The position numbers were made by a program, and so were the translations under genes. From the NCBI GenBank assembly GCA_964438255.1, contig CAYTKA010000010.1, forward strand, positions 787 through 64,786: a DNA stretch of 64,000 nucleotides, given 5' to 3'. Each line of letters opens with the position of its first letter. The first letter of the stretch is position 1. Positions 28,472-36,508 of the stretch are shown in pieces. The notes beneath the pieces were generated by a model, which was not told the origin of the DNA, ran no database searches, and saw only the letters and a list, made by a program, of their open reading frames with translations. The stretch comes from an uncultured Gemmatimonadaceae bacterium. GTDB taxonomy: Bacteria > Gemmatimonadota > Gemmatimonadetes > Gemmatimonadales > Gemmatimonadaceae.

Positions 28472-29158
28472 ATGGTAGACGCGGTGCTCCTCGAGTGGGA
28501 CGGCGTGCTCGCCGACACGGGTGATGCGCGTCGTGATGCGTTGCTTCGCGCGCTGGCCGATGAAGGCGTGTCCGTCACGGCGACGACGTACAACACCTGC
28601 TGCGACGGTCTCGACGCGCGCTCTGCGGTGGCAGCGGCGCTCGCGCACGCGGGCCATCGCGACGCCACCCTCGCGGATCTCGTCGCGCTGCGCGCGAGCA
28701 ATGCATTCGTGGCATCCCTCGCGCATGGGTTCAGTCTTTGCACCGGCGCAGCAGAGCTCGTGTCGCACGCCGAATCGCGCACGCGCGTGGCGATCGTGAC
28801 ACGAGCGACCCGCGCCGAGACCGAGCTCGCGCTCCGTCTCGCAGCCATCGAGGGGTCGATCGGCTGTGTCGTGACGATCGACGACGTGCTCGACCCGCCG
28901 CCGGCGCCCGAGCTGTACCAGCGCGCGATCGCGCGTCTGGCACAGCGGCGCGGCGTGACAGCGGAGCGCGTGGTGGCGTTGGTGAGCACGTCGGCGCAGG
29001 TACGCGCCGCGCGCGCGGCAGGCGTTCGTGTGCTCACCGTGGGTGCGCCGGCGCACGTTGCAATGGAGGCCGACGCGGCGGTCACGGGGCTTACCGATCT
29101 TTCGCTCGACGCGATCGCCATGCTCGCCGGCGTGCCGCGCGCGGTGCTCCCCGAATGA
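28472..29158 (+). CDS. HAD-superfamily protein with degenerate catalytic motifs (phosphoglycolate-phosphatase/beta-PGM-like fold)
   Basis: 228 aa. Motif I reads LLEWDGVLAD (Glu where the nucleophile Asp is expected). The motif III position reads DPPPAPELY instead of KPxP. Motif IV reads LVSTSAQ instead of (E/G)DS. Confidence 0.6.
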   Translation: MVDAVLLEWDGVLADTGDARRDALLRALADEGVSVTATTYNTCCDGLDARSAVAAALAHAGHRDATLADLVALRASNAFVASLAHGFSLCTGAAELVSHAESRTRVAIVTRATRAETELALRLAAIEGSIGCVVTIDDVLDPPPAPELYQRAIARLAQRRGVTAERVVALVSTSAQVRAARAAGVRVLTVGAPAHVAMEADAAVTGLTDLSLDAIAMLAGVPRAVLPE

Positions 29159-30288
29159 ACACGGTTCCGGTGCAAGCCGGCGCGGCAAGCGTCGGCGACG
29201 TCGGGGGGCGGAGTGTCGTGCTCGCGTACGGGAGTGTGGCGGCGGAGTACGAGGCGCTGCAATCACACGCCGCCGTGTTCGATCGGAGCCATCGCGGCCG
29301 CCTCCGGGTGCTCGGCGAGCGCGCCGCCGAGATGGTCGCCGGTCTCGTGACGAACGACGTCACCGGCTTGGCGCCGGGCCAGGGATGCTACGCCGCGGCG
29401 CTCACGGCCAAGGGAAAGATCGTCGCCGACGTACGGGTGTTCGTCGAGGAGGGTTCTGTGTTGACGGACGTCCCCCCGCGCGCCGCCGAGGGCTGGGCGG
29501 CGATGGTGAAGAAGTTCGTCAACCCGCGCCTCGCGCCGCATTCGAACGAGGGGGCGAGTCTCCGCGACATCGGTGTCTTCGGCGTCAACGCGCGACACGT
29601 CGTGGGTGCGGTGGCCGGCGTGCAGGCGCCTGCGCTCGCGGTGCTTGCGCCCTATGCGCATGCCACCGTCGAGATCGACGGCGCCAAGGTACTCGTGGCG
29701 CGCGTTCCTGAGCTCGCGGTCGAGGGGTTCGAGCTGATCCTGCCCGCCGAGGCATACGAGACGCTCTGGCAGCGCATCGTCGAGGCAGGCGCGACACCTG
29801 CCGGGCTGGACGCGTGGGAGATCGCACGCGTCGAGGCCGGACGGCCGGAATGGGGGCTCGACATCGACGACACCACGATCCCGCAGGAAGCGAACTTCGA
29901 CGAGCTGCACGCCATCTCGTACACGAAGGGGTGCTACGTCGGCCAGGAGACAGTGGCCCGCGTGCATTTCCGCGGGCACGTGAACAAGCATCTGCGCGGT
30001 CTGCGCGCGCCTGGTGCCGAGGCGCCCCCGCGCGGCGCGACGTTGCACGATGCATCGGGCGTGCAGGTCGGCGACGTGCGCAGCACGGCGCGCTCTCCGC
30101 TGCTCGGCGGGATCGCGCTCGGGATGGTGCGGCGCGAGATCGCGCCCGGCACGGAGTTGGTCGCGCGTTGGCGTGCCGAGGGTGCCGGCGCTGACGACAC
30201 GGTGACCAGCACCAACGGTGCGAGCAGTCCCGCAGCAGACGCCGAGCGTCGCGTGGACGTCGCGCAGCTTCCCTTCTCGCTCTCGTAA
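29155..30288 (+). CDS. YgfZ/GcvT-family folate-binding protein
   Basis: ATG 29155 (ATGA overlap). FDRSHRGRLRVLG and the YgfZ signature YTKGCYVGQE. Confidence 0.7.
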   Translation: MNTVPVQAGAASVGDVGGRSVVLAYGSVAAEYEALQSHAAVFDRSHRGRLRVLGERAAEMVAGLVTNDVTGLAPGQGCYAAALTAKGKIVADVRVFVEEGSVLTDVPPRAAEGWAAMVKKFVNPRLAPHSNEGASLRDIGVFGVNARHVVGAVAGVQAPALAVLAPYAHATVEIDGAKVLVARVPELAVEGFELILPAEAYETLWQRIVEAGATPAGLDAWEIARVEAGRPEWGLDIDDTTIPQEANFDELHAISYTKGCYVGQETVARVHFRGHVNKHLRGLRAPGAEAPPRGATLHDASGVQVGDVRSTARSPLLGGIALGMVRREIAPGTELVARWRAEGAGADDTVTSTNGASSPAADAERRVDVAQLPFSLS

Positions 30289-30291
30289 GGC

Positions 30292-31296
30292 GTGCCGGTC
30301 GCGCTCGTGACCGGAGGCACCGGCCTCGTCGGGACGCATCTCGTGCAGCGGCTGCGCACCGACGGCTGGGCAGTGCGCGCGCTCGTCCGCGACAATGCGC
30401 GCGCCGGAGCGCTCAGCCGCGCCGGCATCGTGCTCGCCACCGGTGACACGCTCGAGCCGACGAGTCTGGCCCGTGCAGCGCGTGGGTGCGACGTGATCTT
30501 CCACGCCGCGGCTGCCGTGATGCCGCGCGGGGGATGGGAAGCCTACCGGCGTCCGAACGTCGACGGCACGCGCAACGTGATCGCTGCCGCGGCGAACGCG
30601 AAGGCGCGGCTCGTGCATGTCAGCAGCGTGGCGGTGTACGGTGAGACGGCGCGTTATGCGCCCGGCGGGGAGAGAACGAGCGAGGACACGCCGCTCACCG
30701 ACCTGCCGCCGGATCGCTACTACGCACGATCGAAGCGCGAGTCGGAGGCACTCGTGATGGAGGCGCACGCTGCCGGCCGCGTGTGGGCCACCGCCGTACG
30801 TCCCGACGTGATTTACGGGACGCACGACCGACAGTTCGTGCCGCGGCTCGCGCGGCTGCTGCGGCACGGTGTCGCACCCCTCGTGGGTGGCGGGCGTAGC
30901 ACCCTCGCCGTCGTGCACGCAGCCAACGTCGCCGACGGAATGGTGCGCGCCGCGGTCACCGATGCCGCGGGTGGGCGCGCCTACAACTTGACGAACGACT
31001 ACGACGTCACGGTCGCCGAGTTCTTTCGTCTCGCCGGGGAGGGGATGGGGGTGCGGCTGCGCATGATCCCTGTCCCGATCGTCGTTGCGCGCGGCGTGCT
31101 CGGGCTGGTGCGACTGCTCGCGCCAGTGATCGTTGGCTCGCGGTTCAACACCGTGACGTCGGCGTCACTGCATTTTCTGTCGCGCGACAACCCATTCACC
31201 TCCGACCGCGCGCGTCGCGAGCTCGCGTGGGACCCGCCCGTGCGTCCCGAGCAGGGCGTACCCGACGCGTTTCGCTGGTGGGCCGCGCATCACTGA
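30292..31296 (+). CDS. NAD-dependent epimerase/dehydratase (extended SDR)
   Basis: GTG start. ALVTGGTGLVGTHLV Rossmann motif and YARSK active-site motif. Confidence 0.8.
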   Translation: MPVALVTGGTGLVGTHLVQRLRTDGWAVRALVRDNARAGALSRAGIVLATGDTLEPTSLARAARGCDVIFHAAAAVMPRGGWEAYRRPNVDGTRNVIAAAANAKARLVHVSSVAVYGETARYAPGGERTSEDTPLTDLPPDRYYARSKRESEALVMEAHAAGRVWATAVRPDVIYGTHDRQFVPRLARLLRHGVAPLVGGGRSTLAVVHAANVADGMVRAAVTDAAGGRAYNLTNDYDVTVAEFFRLAGEGMGVRLRMIPVPIVVARGVLGLVRLLAPVIVGSRFNTVTSASLHFLSRDNPFTSDRARRELAWDPPVRPEQGVPDAFRWWAAHH

Positions 31297-31353
31297 GCGC
31301 GGCGATCGCTCGCGGAGAGGAATGCGCGACCGAAAAGTGGATTGCGCGAAAAC

Positions 31354-31390
31354 GAGCGGGGCGGTGCACTCGGAGTGCACCGCCCCGCTC
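31354..31390. terminator. Bidirectional terminator hairpin between convergent genes
   Basis: GAGCGGGGCGGTGCACTC (31354-31371) pairs perfectly with GAGTGCACCGCCCCGCTC (31373-31390), an 18-nt near-perfect palindrome. Confidence 0.7.
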
Positions 31391-31413
31391 ACACTGCGTG
31401 CGAGGAAGAACGC

Positions 31414-31662
31414 TTACTTCGTCTTCTTCTTCGCTTCCTTGATCGCGCTCTTCGCCTCGTCGATCTTCTTCGCGGCCGTATCGGCCTTCTTCGCCGCCGT
31501 GTCGATCTTGGCCGCGGCGGTCGTGTCCTTCTTGGTCGTGTCGACCGCCGTCGCAGGGGCGGGGGTCGGAGCCATCGCCGGGGCGGCGGTGTCAGCCTTC
31601 GGGGTTTCCTTCGTGCTGCAGGCGGCGACGAACACAGCGGCGACAAGGGCCAGGCGCTTCAT
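31414..31662 (-). CDS. Small lipoprotein with Lys/Ala/Thr-rich repeats
   Basis: ATG 31662 gives MKRLALVAAVFVAACSTKE (lipobox), then DTAAKKADTAAKKIDEAK repeats. GAGGA lies 7 nt upstream. Confidence 0.55.
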   Translation of the reverse strand: MKRLALVAAVFVAACSTKETPKADTAAPAMAPTPAPATAVDTTKKDTTAAAKIDTAAKKADTAAKKIDEAKSAIKEAKKKTK

Positions 31663-32020
31663 GTAGTTGTCCTCGGGTGGTCTTGTGTGGTGAATGACGC
31701 GTTGGTCCGTGCACGCGGTGGAGTGCCCGGCTTCGGCGGCGTGAAACTTAGATTTCCCGTAGGTCCTGTCAAGGGCGAATCGAAACGCGCCAAGTGCGTG
31801 TACGCCAACGCGTTCGTCCACCGGCTCGACAATTTGCATCATCCGCCCTGCCGCATCGTTCGCCCGCTCCGCACACGTCTGTTTACGTCGACCCGGTAAG
31901 CCGCTTCCTGTCAATGAGTTATCAAGGGCGACCTTAGTCGTCCGTCGCGCGGTGCTCGCGCTGCGCCGTGGTTCGCGCGCTCGCGTTCCGCTACTTTGCG
32001 CTAGTTGCCCTCTCAGCAAA

Positions 32021-34147
32021 ATGACCGTCCCCGCACCCGCTCCCGCCCACGCTCCGACGTCCGACCGGCAATTGCCGCGCGACGGCGTCGTGCGCGGCGC
32101 GTGTCCGCACGATTGCCCGGACACGTGCGCCATGCTCGTCACAGTCGAGAACGGACGAGCGGTGCGCGTCGCTGGCGATCCGGACCACCCCGTCACGCGC
32201 GGCTTCCTCTGCGCGAAGGTCAATCGCTACGTCGAGCGGACGTATCACCCCGAGCGACTTCACGCGCCGCTCCGCCGTGTCGGACCGAAGGGGAGTGGCC
32301 AATTCGCTCCCATCTCCTGGGACGACGCCCTCGACGAGATCGCCCGCCGGCTCGGCGACATCGCCCAGTCGCCCGACGGTCCGCAGGCGATCCTCCCCTA
32401 CTCGTACGCCGGCACGATGGGCCTCGTGCAGGGCGAGGCGATGGATCATCGCTTCTTCCACCTGCTCGGCGCGTCGCAGCTCGATCGCACCATCTGCTCG
32501 ATGGCGGGCACCGTCGGCATGCGCATGACGGTCGGCGCGAACATCGGCGCCGACAGCGAAGGTGTACCGCAGAGCGATCTCGTGCTGCTCTGGGGCACCA
32601 ACACGCTCACGGCCAATCCGCACCTGTGGCCATTCATCCTCGAGGCGCGGGAGCGTGGCGCTCCGGTGATCTGCGTCGATCCCATCCGTACGCGCACCGC
32701 GCAGCAATGCGACGAATGGCATGGCATCCGCCCCGGCACCGACGGCGCATTGGCGCTCGGCATGATGCACGTGCTGTTCACGCACGGGCTCGAGGACCGT
32801 GACTATCTCGAGCGCTACACGCTCGGCCACGACGCGTTGCGCGCACGCGCGGCAGAGTGGCCCCCCGCACGCTCGGCGGCCGTGACGGGACTGTCGGAGG
32901 ACGCGATCATCTCGCTCGGCGTGCGGTACGGGCGCGCGCGTGCGGCGTTCATTCGCGTGAACTACGGCCTGCAGCGCCACGCCGGCGGTGGCATGGCCGT
33001 GCGCAACATCGCCTGCTTGCCCGCCATCACGGGACACTGGCGCCGGCCCGGCGGCGGCGTGCAGCTCTCGACGTCGGCGAACTTCCAGTTCAATCGCGCC
33101 GCGCTGCAGCGCCCCGATCTGTCGCCCCCCGTGCGGACGATCAACATGATCCGACTCGGCGACGCGCTCACACGGCCGGATGCAGGCGTCGGCGGACCGC
33201 CGGTGAAGGCGCTCGTCGTGTACAACAGCAATCCCGCCGCCGTTGCGCCCGATCGCAATACCGTGCTGCGCGGGCTGGCGCGCGAGGATCTGTTCACCGT
33301 GGTGCTCGAGCATTTCCAAACCGACACGGCCGATTGGGCGGACATCGTGCTGCCGGCAACGACGCAGCTCGAGCACTGGGACATCCACTTCGCGTACGGG
33401 CACCATTACGTCACGCTCAACCGTCCGTCGATCGCGCCCCTCGGCCAGTCGAAGCCGAACAGCGAGATCTTCCGGCTGATCGCCGCGCGCATGGGGATCA
33501 CGCACACGGTCATGCAGGACGACGACCTCACACTGATCCGGCAGGCGCTCACGTCGCAGTCCCCCAAACTCCAGGGTGTGACGCTCGACGCGCTGCTGGA
33601 GCGCGGATGGATGCGCCTCAACGTGCCGACGCCGTACCTCCCGTACGCCGACGGCGCGTTCACGACGCCGAGTGGAAAGTGCGAGTTTTATTCGGAGCGG
33701 ATGGCCGCCCTCGGATTCGATCCCCTTCCCGACTACATCCCGCCGTACGAGTCGCCGGAGCGCGATCCGGCGCTGGTGGCGAGGTATCCGCTCACGCTGA
33801 TCTCGTCGCCGGCGCACACCTTCCTGAACACCACGTTCGTGAACGTGACGTCGCTGCGCCGGCAGGCTCGCGAGCCCGAGGTGCTGCTTCATCCGCACGA
33901 CGCCGAACGACGTGCGATCTCCCCGGGGATGATGGTGACGGTCCGTAACGACCGCGGTGCATTCCTGGCGAGGGCGCGCGTGGAGTCGTCCATCCGCGAG
34001 GGGGTGGTGTGGGCACCGTCGATCTGGTGGGGAAAGCTCGCCGGCGATTCGGCGAACGCCAATCAAACCACGTCGCAGCGCGAGACCGACCTCGGACACG
34101 GACCGGTGTTCTACGACAATCAGGTCGAGGTGGAGATCGCGGCGTGA
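32021..34147 (+). CDS. Molybdopterin (bis-MGD) oxidoreductase, DMSO-reductase superfamily, N-terminal 4Fe-4S motif
   Basis: ATG 32021. CPHDCPDTCAM (CxxCxxxC) followed by ...GFLCAK, with molybdopterin and C-terminal dinucleotide-binding barrel regions. Substrate unknown. Confidence 0.85.
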   Translation: MTVPAPAPAHAPTSDRQLPRDGVVRGACPHDCPDTCAMLVTVENGRAVRVAGDPDHPVTRGFLCAKVNRYVERTYHPERLHAPLRRVGPKGSGQFAPISWDDALDEIARRLGDIAQSPDGPQAILPYSYAGTMGLVQGEAMDHRFFHLLGASQLDRTICSMAGTVGMRMTVGANIGADSEGVPQSDLVLLWGTNTLTANPHLWPFILEARERGAPVICVDPIRTRTAQQCDEWHGIRPGTDGALALGMMHVLFTHGLEDRDYLERYTLGHDALRARAAEWPPARSAAVTGLSEDAIISLGVRYGRARAAFIRVNYGLQRHAGGGMAVRNIACLPAITGHWRRPGGGVQLSTSANFQFNRAALQRPDLSPPVRTINMIRLGDALTRPDAGVGGPPVKALVVYNSNPAAVAPDRNTVLRGLAREDLFTVVLEHFQTDTADWADIVLPATTQLEHWDIHFAYGHHYVTLNRPSIAPLGQSKPNSEIFRLIAARMGITHTVMQDDDLTLIRQALTSQSPKLQGVTLDALLERGWMRLNVPTPYLPYADGAFTTPSGKCEFYSERMAALGFDPLPDYIPPYESPERDPALVARYPLTLISSPAHTFLNTTFVNVTSLRRQAREPEVLLHPHDAERRAISPGMMVTVRNDRGAFLARARVESSIREGVVWAPSIWWGKLAGDSANANQTTSQRETDLGHGPVFYDNQVEVEIAA

Positions 34148-34398
34148 GCGGCGTCGTTCGCGCCGCGCTGTAGCTCCGTGACGCTGACGCGAAGGCGAGG
34201 GTTTGCTGGGTCGCGAAGATCGAGCAGCTCCCACGGCACCGTGTGGGAGCCGACCCGGAACTCGCGCACGACGTACTCACTCCCTTCATCGAGCGCGATC
34301 TCCGCCGTCAGCTCCTTCACGCGCCCGACGACTTCGCCATCCGCGTCGCGGACCTTCCGGCCGACGAGCGCGCTCAGCGTGATCTGACGTTCGCTCAT
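34120..34398 (-). CDS. PRC-barrel domain protein
   Basis: ATG 34398 gives MSERQITLSALVGRKVRDADGEVVGRVKELTAEI. ATGA overlap with the upstream PRC-barrel gene. Its 3' end overlaps the convergent oxidoreductase by 28 nt. Confidence 0.55.
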   Translation of the reverse strand: MSERQITLSALVGRKVRDADGEVVGRVKELTAEIALDEGSEYVVREFRVGSHTVPWELLDLRDPANPRLRVSVTELQRGANDAAHAAISTST

Positions 34399-34775
34399 TG
34401 CTTGCGCGCCCCGGCGCCCGGAATGCGGCAGATCACGTGATCGGCCAGCCAGTCCTCGAGGTGATGCGACTCGAGGTCGTGACGGTCGACGTCGACCTGG
34501 ATGGTGTCGGCGACGCAACGAACCTTGCGGAACGGAATGCGATCGACGCCGGGCCGGCGTGCTCGTCCGAGCGCGTGCAGGGCGCGCGCGAGCCACATCG
34601 CCCATCGGCCAATCCGTGCGGCGCGCGCCGGGCCGCCTGTGAGGATGGCCGCCACGCGCGGCGGCGCTCCGTCCCGCAGCTCGAGGACGAGGGCGTCGAC
34701 ACGCCCGATCTTGCGGTGACTGCGGTCGACGAGCTGCGCGTCGATCACGTCGTGGACGAGGCGTATGCCCGACAT
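34395..34775 (-). CDS. PRC-barrel domain protein
   Basis: 126 aa with AQLVDRSHRKIGRVDALVLELRDGAPPRVAAIL. Starts 2 nt after the NRAMP stop. Confidence 0.55.
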   Translation of the reverse strand: MSGIRLVHDVIDAQLVDRSHRKIGRVDALVLELRDGAPPRVAAILTGGPARAARIGRWAMWLARALHALGRARRPGVDRIPFRKVRCVADTIQVDVDRHDLESHHLEDWLADHVICRIPGAGARKQ

Positions 34776-34776
34776 C

Positions 34777-35994
34777 TCAGCTTCCTCCGGCGAGCTGGAG
34801 CGGCAGCGCCGCGACGAGCAGTACGATCGAGAGCGCGGACAACAACACGAGCGCAGTGTTCGTCGCCCATCCGTTGGTGTGCTTCCGCATCACGTCGGCG
34901 TCGTTCATCAGCACGAGCAGCGGGATGACCGTGACCGGCAGGCTGGCGGCCGTGAGCACCATCGACAGGTTGGTCAAGCCGAGTGGGGCGACACCAAATG
35001 CCGTCGGGAGCGCAGCGGCGAAGATTGCGATGCTGTAGCTGGTCGAGAAGCGAGAATCGTCGCAGGGTGGAAGGTTCTCGCTCCAGTTCCATCCGAACCC
35101 CTGCGCGAGCAGGTAGGCGATGGAGAGGGCGATCTCCACCGTGGCGCCGAAGCAGCAGATGCACAGCGTCGCGAGAAGCAGCGCGAAGCCGGCGCGCCCC
35201 AGAGGAGACGTGAGCAGCAGGCCGACCTGCTCGTACGCCTCCACACGAATGTGCCGTGGGGCGAACACGAGCGCGGCGACGACGAGCAGCGCGAAGTTGA
35301 GCCCTCCACCGAATCCGTTCCCGAGCCACGCGGTGACGCGGTTGACGGCGAGATGGTCCAAGGACCAGCCGTCCTCGATCGCGCCCGCGGAATAGAAGAG
35401 ATAGAGGTACGGGCTGATCGACGCGCCGAGGATGCTCACGGCGAGATACCAGTAGCGCGCCGCATCATGCGCCGGCGCCGTGGGGATCAAGCCGGCGCTC
35501 ACGGCGCTCCACTGTGGGTGGAGCTTCCATGCGCCGACGGCGATCACGAGCGCAACGAGTCCGAGTCCGGCGGTGCCCTGCTCCACGATGCCGAAGTTGC
35601 CGCGCCAGAGCAGCAGCCATCCGAGGATCGCGACGGGGAGCGCCCACCAGCGAAGACCGATGCCCGTCGCCATCTGCAGCGCGATGGAGACACCGCCGAT
35701 CTCCGACGCGAGCACGAGGAAGCTCACGAGCAGCGTGGCGGCGAGGGGCAGCATGAAGAAGCGAATGCCGAACCGCTCACGCAACAGATCGGCGTATGTC
35801 CGCCGGCTCACGGCGGCGAGCCGTCCGGTCATCTCCATCAGGAGTGCGAGCGCGGCGATGCCCAGTACCAGCGCCCAGCCGAGCTGAGCGCCGTACTCCG
35901 CCCCCGCCTGCGCCGAGGTCGCGATCGAGCCGACCTCGAGAAAGCCACCGATGCTCGTGATGACGCCGAGTGCAATCTCGCCCCACTTCTTCAT
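34777..35994 (-). CDS. NRAMP-family divalent metal cation transporter
   Basis: 405 aa with about 11 TM segments. N-terminus GGFLEVGSIATSAQAGAEYG...LMEMTGRLAAVS is typical of bacterial Nramp/MntH relatives. Confidence 0.85.
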   Translation of the reverse strand: MKKWGEIALGVITSIGGFLEVGSIATSAQAGAEYGAQLGWALVLGIAALALLMEMTGRLAAVSRRTYADLLRERFGIRFFMLPLAATLLVSFLVLASEIGGVSIALQMATGIGLRWWALPVAILGWLLLWRGNFGIVEQGTAGLGLVALVIAVGAWKLHPQWSAVSAGLIPTAPAHDAARYWYLAVSILGASISPYLYLFYSAGAIEDGWSLDHLAVNRVTAWLGNGFGGGLNFALLVVAALVFAPRHIRVEAYEQVGLLLTSPLGRAGFALLLATLCICCFGATVEIALSIAYLLAQGFGWNWSENLPPCDDSRFSTSYSIAIFAAALPTAFGVAPLGLTNLSMVLTAASLPVTVIPLLVLMNDADVMRKHTNGWATNTALVLLSALSIVLLVAALPLQLAGGS

Positions 35995-36341
35995 GGGGCG
36001 TGGAACGCCGCGTCGAGCTGTCGGACCGCGGTGGCAAGGGAATCAGCGGCGGGGACCAGTCGCGCCGTCGCCTCGGGCGAAAAGGCGCCCTGCGCAAGCT
36101 GGCGCCGTGTGCCGTCGAGGGCTTTCGACGCGACGTCACGGATCTCCGCCGTGTACGTCGCCGTGACCGCGCCTCTCCGGAGCTCGGCGGCGGTGAAGCG
36201 TGCCGTCACCGCCCAGGAGCGCATGCTGTCGAGCGCGTTGTCGGGGTCGGGCGCACTGGAGCATCCGCCGGCGACAAGGAGCAGGAAGGCCGCGGCGAGG
36301 CCCGAGTATACGGCGCGGCAGTGGAGCGTGTGGTAAGCCAT
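35991..36341 (-). CDS. Hypothetical lipoprotein
   Basis: 116 aa with lipobox LLLVAGGCSS. ATGA overlap with the NRAMP start. Confidence 0.5.
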   Translation of the reverse strand: MAYHTLHCRAVYSGLAAAFLLLVAGGCSSAPDPDNALDSMRSWAVTARFTAAELRRGAVTATYTAEIRDVASKALDGTRRQLAQGAFSPEATARLVPAADSLATAVRQLDAAFHAP

Positions 36342-36508
36342 CGCGAGGTGATGGTGGCTGAGCTGGGACGGATCGTCGAAATTCGCGCCGGCGAAGGCGC
36401 AGGAAGCGTACCGAGCATTCTGGGCGTGCCTTCGTCGTGCGTTGCCCTTGCGTCGCCTCGCACCGCCGCGCTGATTCCCGATAGACTCTGTTCTGCCCCG
36501 GAGGCAGT

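Noticed and set aside
31322-31666. A hydrophobic 114-aa plus-strand ORF (FFFASLIALFASSIFFAAVSAFF...) that looks like a membrane protein.
   Set aside because: It is antisense to the Lys/Ala-rich lipoprotein gene, so AAG/GCC repeats read as Phe/Ala on the other strand. It also runs through the bidirectional terminator. The lipoprotein has a proper lipobox and SD.
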